A DNA stretch of 63,475 nt, the filler included, from Choristocarpus tenellus KU-1152 (taxonomy: Eukaryota > Protista > Phaeophyceae): the NCBI GenBank assembly GCA_964200185.2. It is 12 parts of 12 records of this genome, joined end to end, with 100 filler letters (N's around TTAATTAATTAA, not from the genome) between each part and the next. Parts side by side here need not be neighbours in the genome. Positions count along the whole stretch, not along the records: positions 59,604 to 63,475 come from CAXNAD020017466.1; 11 more parts are not named here. The stretch is one strand, 5' to 3'. Below the pieces are notes generated by a model. That model had not been told where the DNA came from. It saw only the letters and a program-made list of their open reading frames with translations, and made no database searches. The position numbers and the translations under genes were made by a program. Below, in pieces: positions 62,295-63,475 of this stretch. The stretch's first letter is position 1, and every line of letters begins with the position of its first letter.

Positions 62295-62420
62295 TCGTAC
62301 AACTTGTAGAAGGTGCCGTGACCGATTCCAAACTTTTGACCAACCGCAGTTCCCGTCATGGTCTTCAGGAGTTTCAATGCTTCCACCTTCTCTGCAAAGC
62401 TCAAGCGTTTACAATTGTCG
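62295..62420 (-). pseudogene. Pogo/Tigger-like transposase N-terminal HTH fragment
   Basis: KRLSFAEKVEALKLLKTMTGTAVGQKFGIGHGTFYKL resembles a psq/CENP-B HTH; no DDE domain follows. Confidence 0.5.
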
Positions 62421-63475
62421 ACACTGTGAGGCTTGTAGGATAAGGCTTTCCCTGTAGATATATTTCGCAGAACCTTCCCCTTGCCCTTGTTCTTGTTATC
62501 ATGGCGCTTCGATGCTGTATTGTCACTGGCTGGAGGACTTGAAGCCTTGCGCTTGGTGGGCTCATAAACAATTTGTACATGCATTTCATTTCGCTGGCAC
62601 CAAATGGATCCGCGACGCTGCAAATGCCACAAAGATAGTCGCTACAACCTCGACACTTATGGCATGTATAGTGCGGTGGACCAGGAGTATTACCCTGTAT
62701 GTTGCAGCTGGATCCCGCTACGCAGGGTATCGTTATATCTGTACAATGCAGTCATCTAAACTTGATGTGATATACTGTATGTACTCTACTACTGTGCAGT
62801 ACTGAGAGACAAAAGACTGTTATGTTGTGTACTACTGGTGTGAAGCAGGTGTTTGCCTTATATTTTTGTTAACTTTAGACATTTTTGAGAAACCCCTCGG
62901 TCAAGTATTGAAAAAAAATGGGAGTTTGCTCGCCTTAAGAGAGAATTGGGAGGAAAACGGCGAAACCGCTCTTATAGCCTGAAAGGTCGTGACAAGGCAA
63001 TTTACCCTCTCTTATATCCTGTTTTTTCATGTATCGACCTCTCTTATATCGGTAGACTCACTATAGTCCAATAATTACCATACCTTACCTTAAGCCTCAT
63101 GCTAAAATGCAGTTATTCTGTACAGTAAGTTACCCTATTTTGGGCAAAATATTATGAACCAAATTCAAAATATTCAATTTTGTACCGCTTTTTTTCGACA
63201 TGCTCCCCAAAATAGGTTTTGTACCGGAATTCTGATATTTGGGCGATTTGGCACAAAATCCCAGATATATTAACGCGAGAGTGGCGCGCGCGAACAAATT
63301 CTCGCGAAAAGGGCCCGTCTTTCTGAGTCATGCTACCATACAGCAGGACAGTACGTTGCTGGTACGGGAATAAAGTGGAAGCCATGCCTTGTGCAGCGGG
63401 AAACCTCTGCAAGATGCCTACAAACTCACCGGGTTCTCCTTTCTACACAATCCACAAGTGCCGTAAGTGTGGTGG

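Overview
Eukaryotic, intron-rich, TE-dense DNA, most likely from a photosynthetic stramenopile (brown-alga-like ochrophyte). The basis is a bipartite signal+transit peptide with an AF cleavage motif, TTAGGG-type repeats and a FNIP-repeat gene. The window is not one locus: it is 12 contigs joined by 11 artificial 100-nt spacers (N44-TTAATTAATTAA-N44), so adjacency across spacers is meaningless. Host genes read by manual splicing: an intronless FNIP-repeat ORF, a frameshifted ferric-reductase/NOX-like gene, an FkbM methyltransferase, a NOXRED1/P5CR-like Rossmann protein, a plastid DUF1118 protein, a CDK10/11-like kinase 3' end, LYAR, a Myb factor, an M48 peptidase with a probable GC-AG intron, and a PLOD-type glycosyltransferase. 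The mobile fraction is dominated by a ~255-bp MITE with GAG...CTC ends and 4-bp TSDs (Sola2-like; 14 copies, about 5% of the window). There are also related MITE families, decayed copia, gypsy and LINE elements, two probable solo LTRs, and weak KDZ-, hAT- and pogo-like remnants. The best candidate for an undescribed system is the intact, intronless F-box-like/FNIP gene. Its 14 repeats each carry a different two-residue variable site, and it lies head-to-head with a decayed KDZ/Zisupton-like transposase. All calls are by eye; no searches were run.
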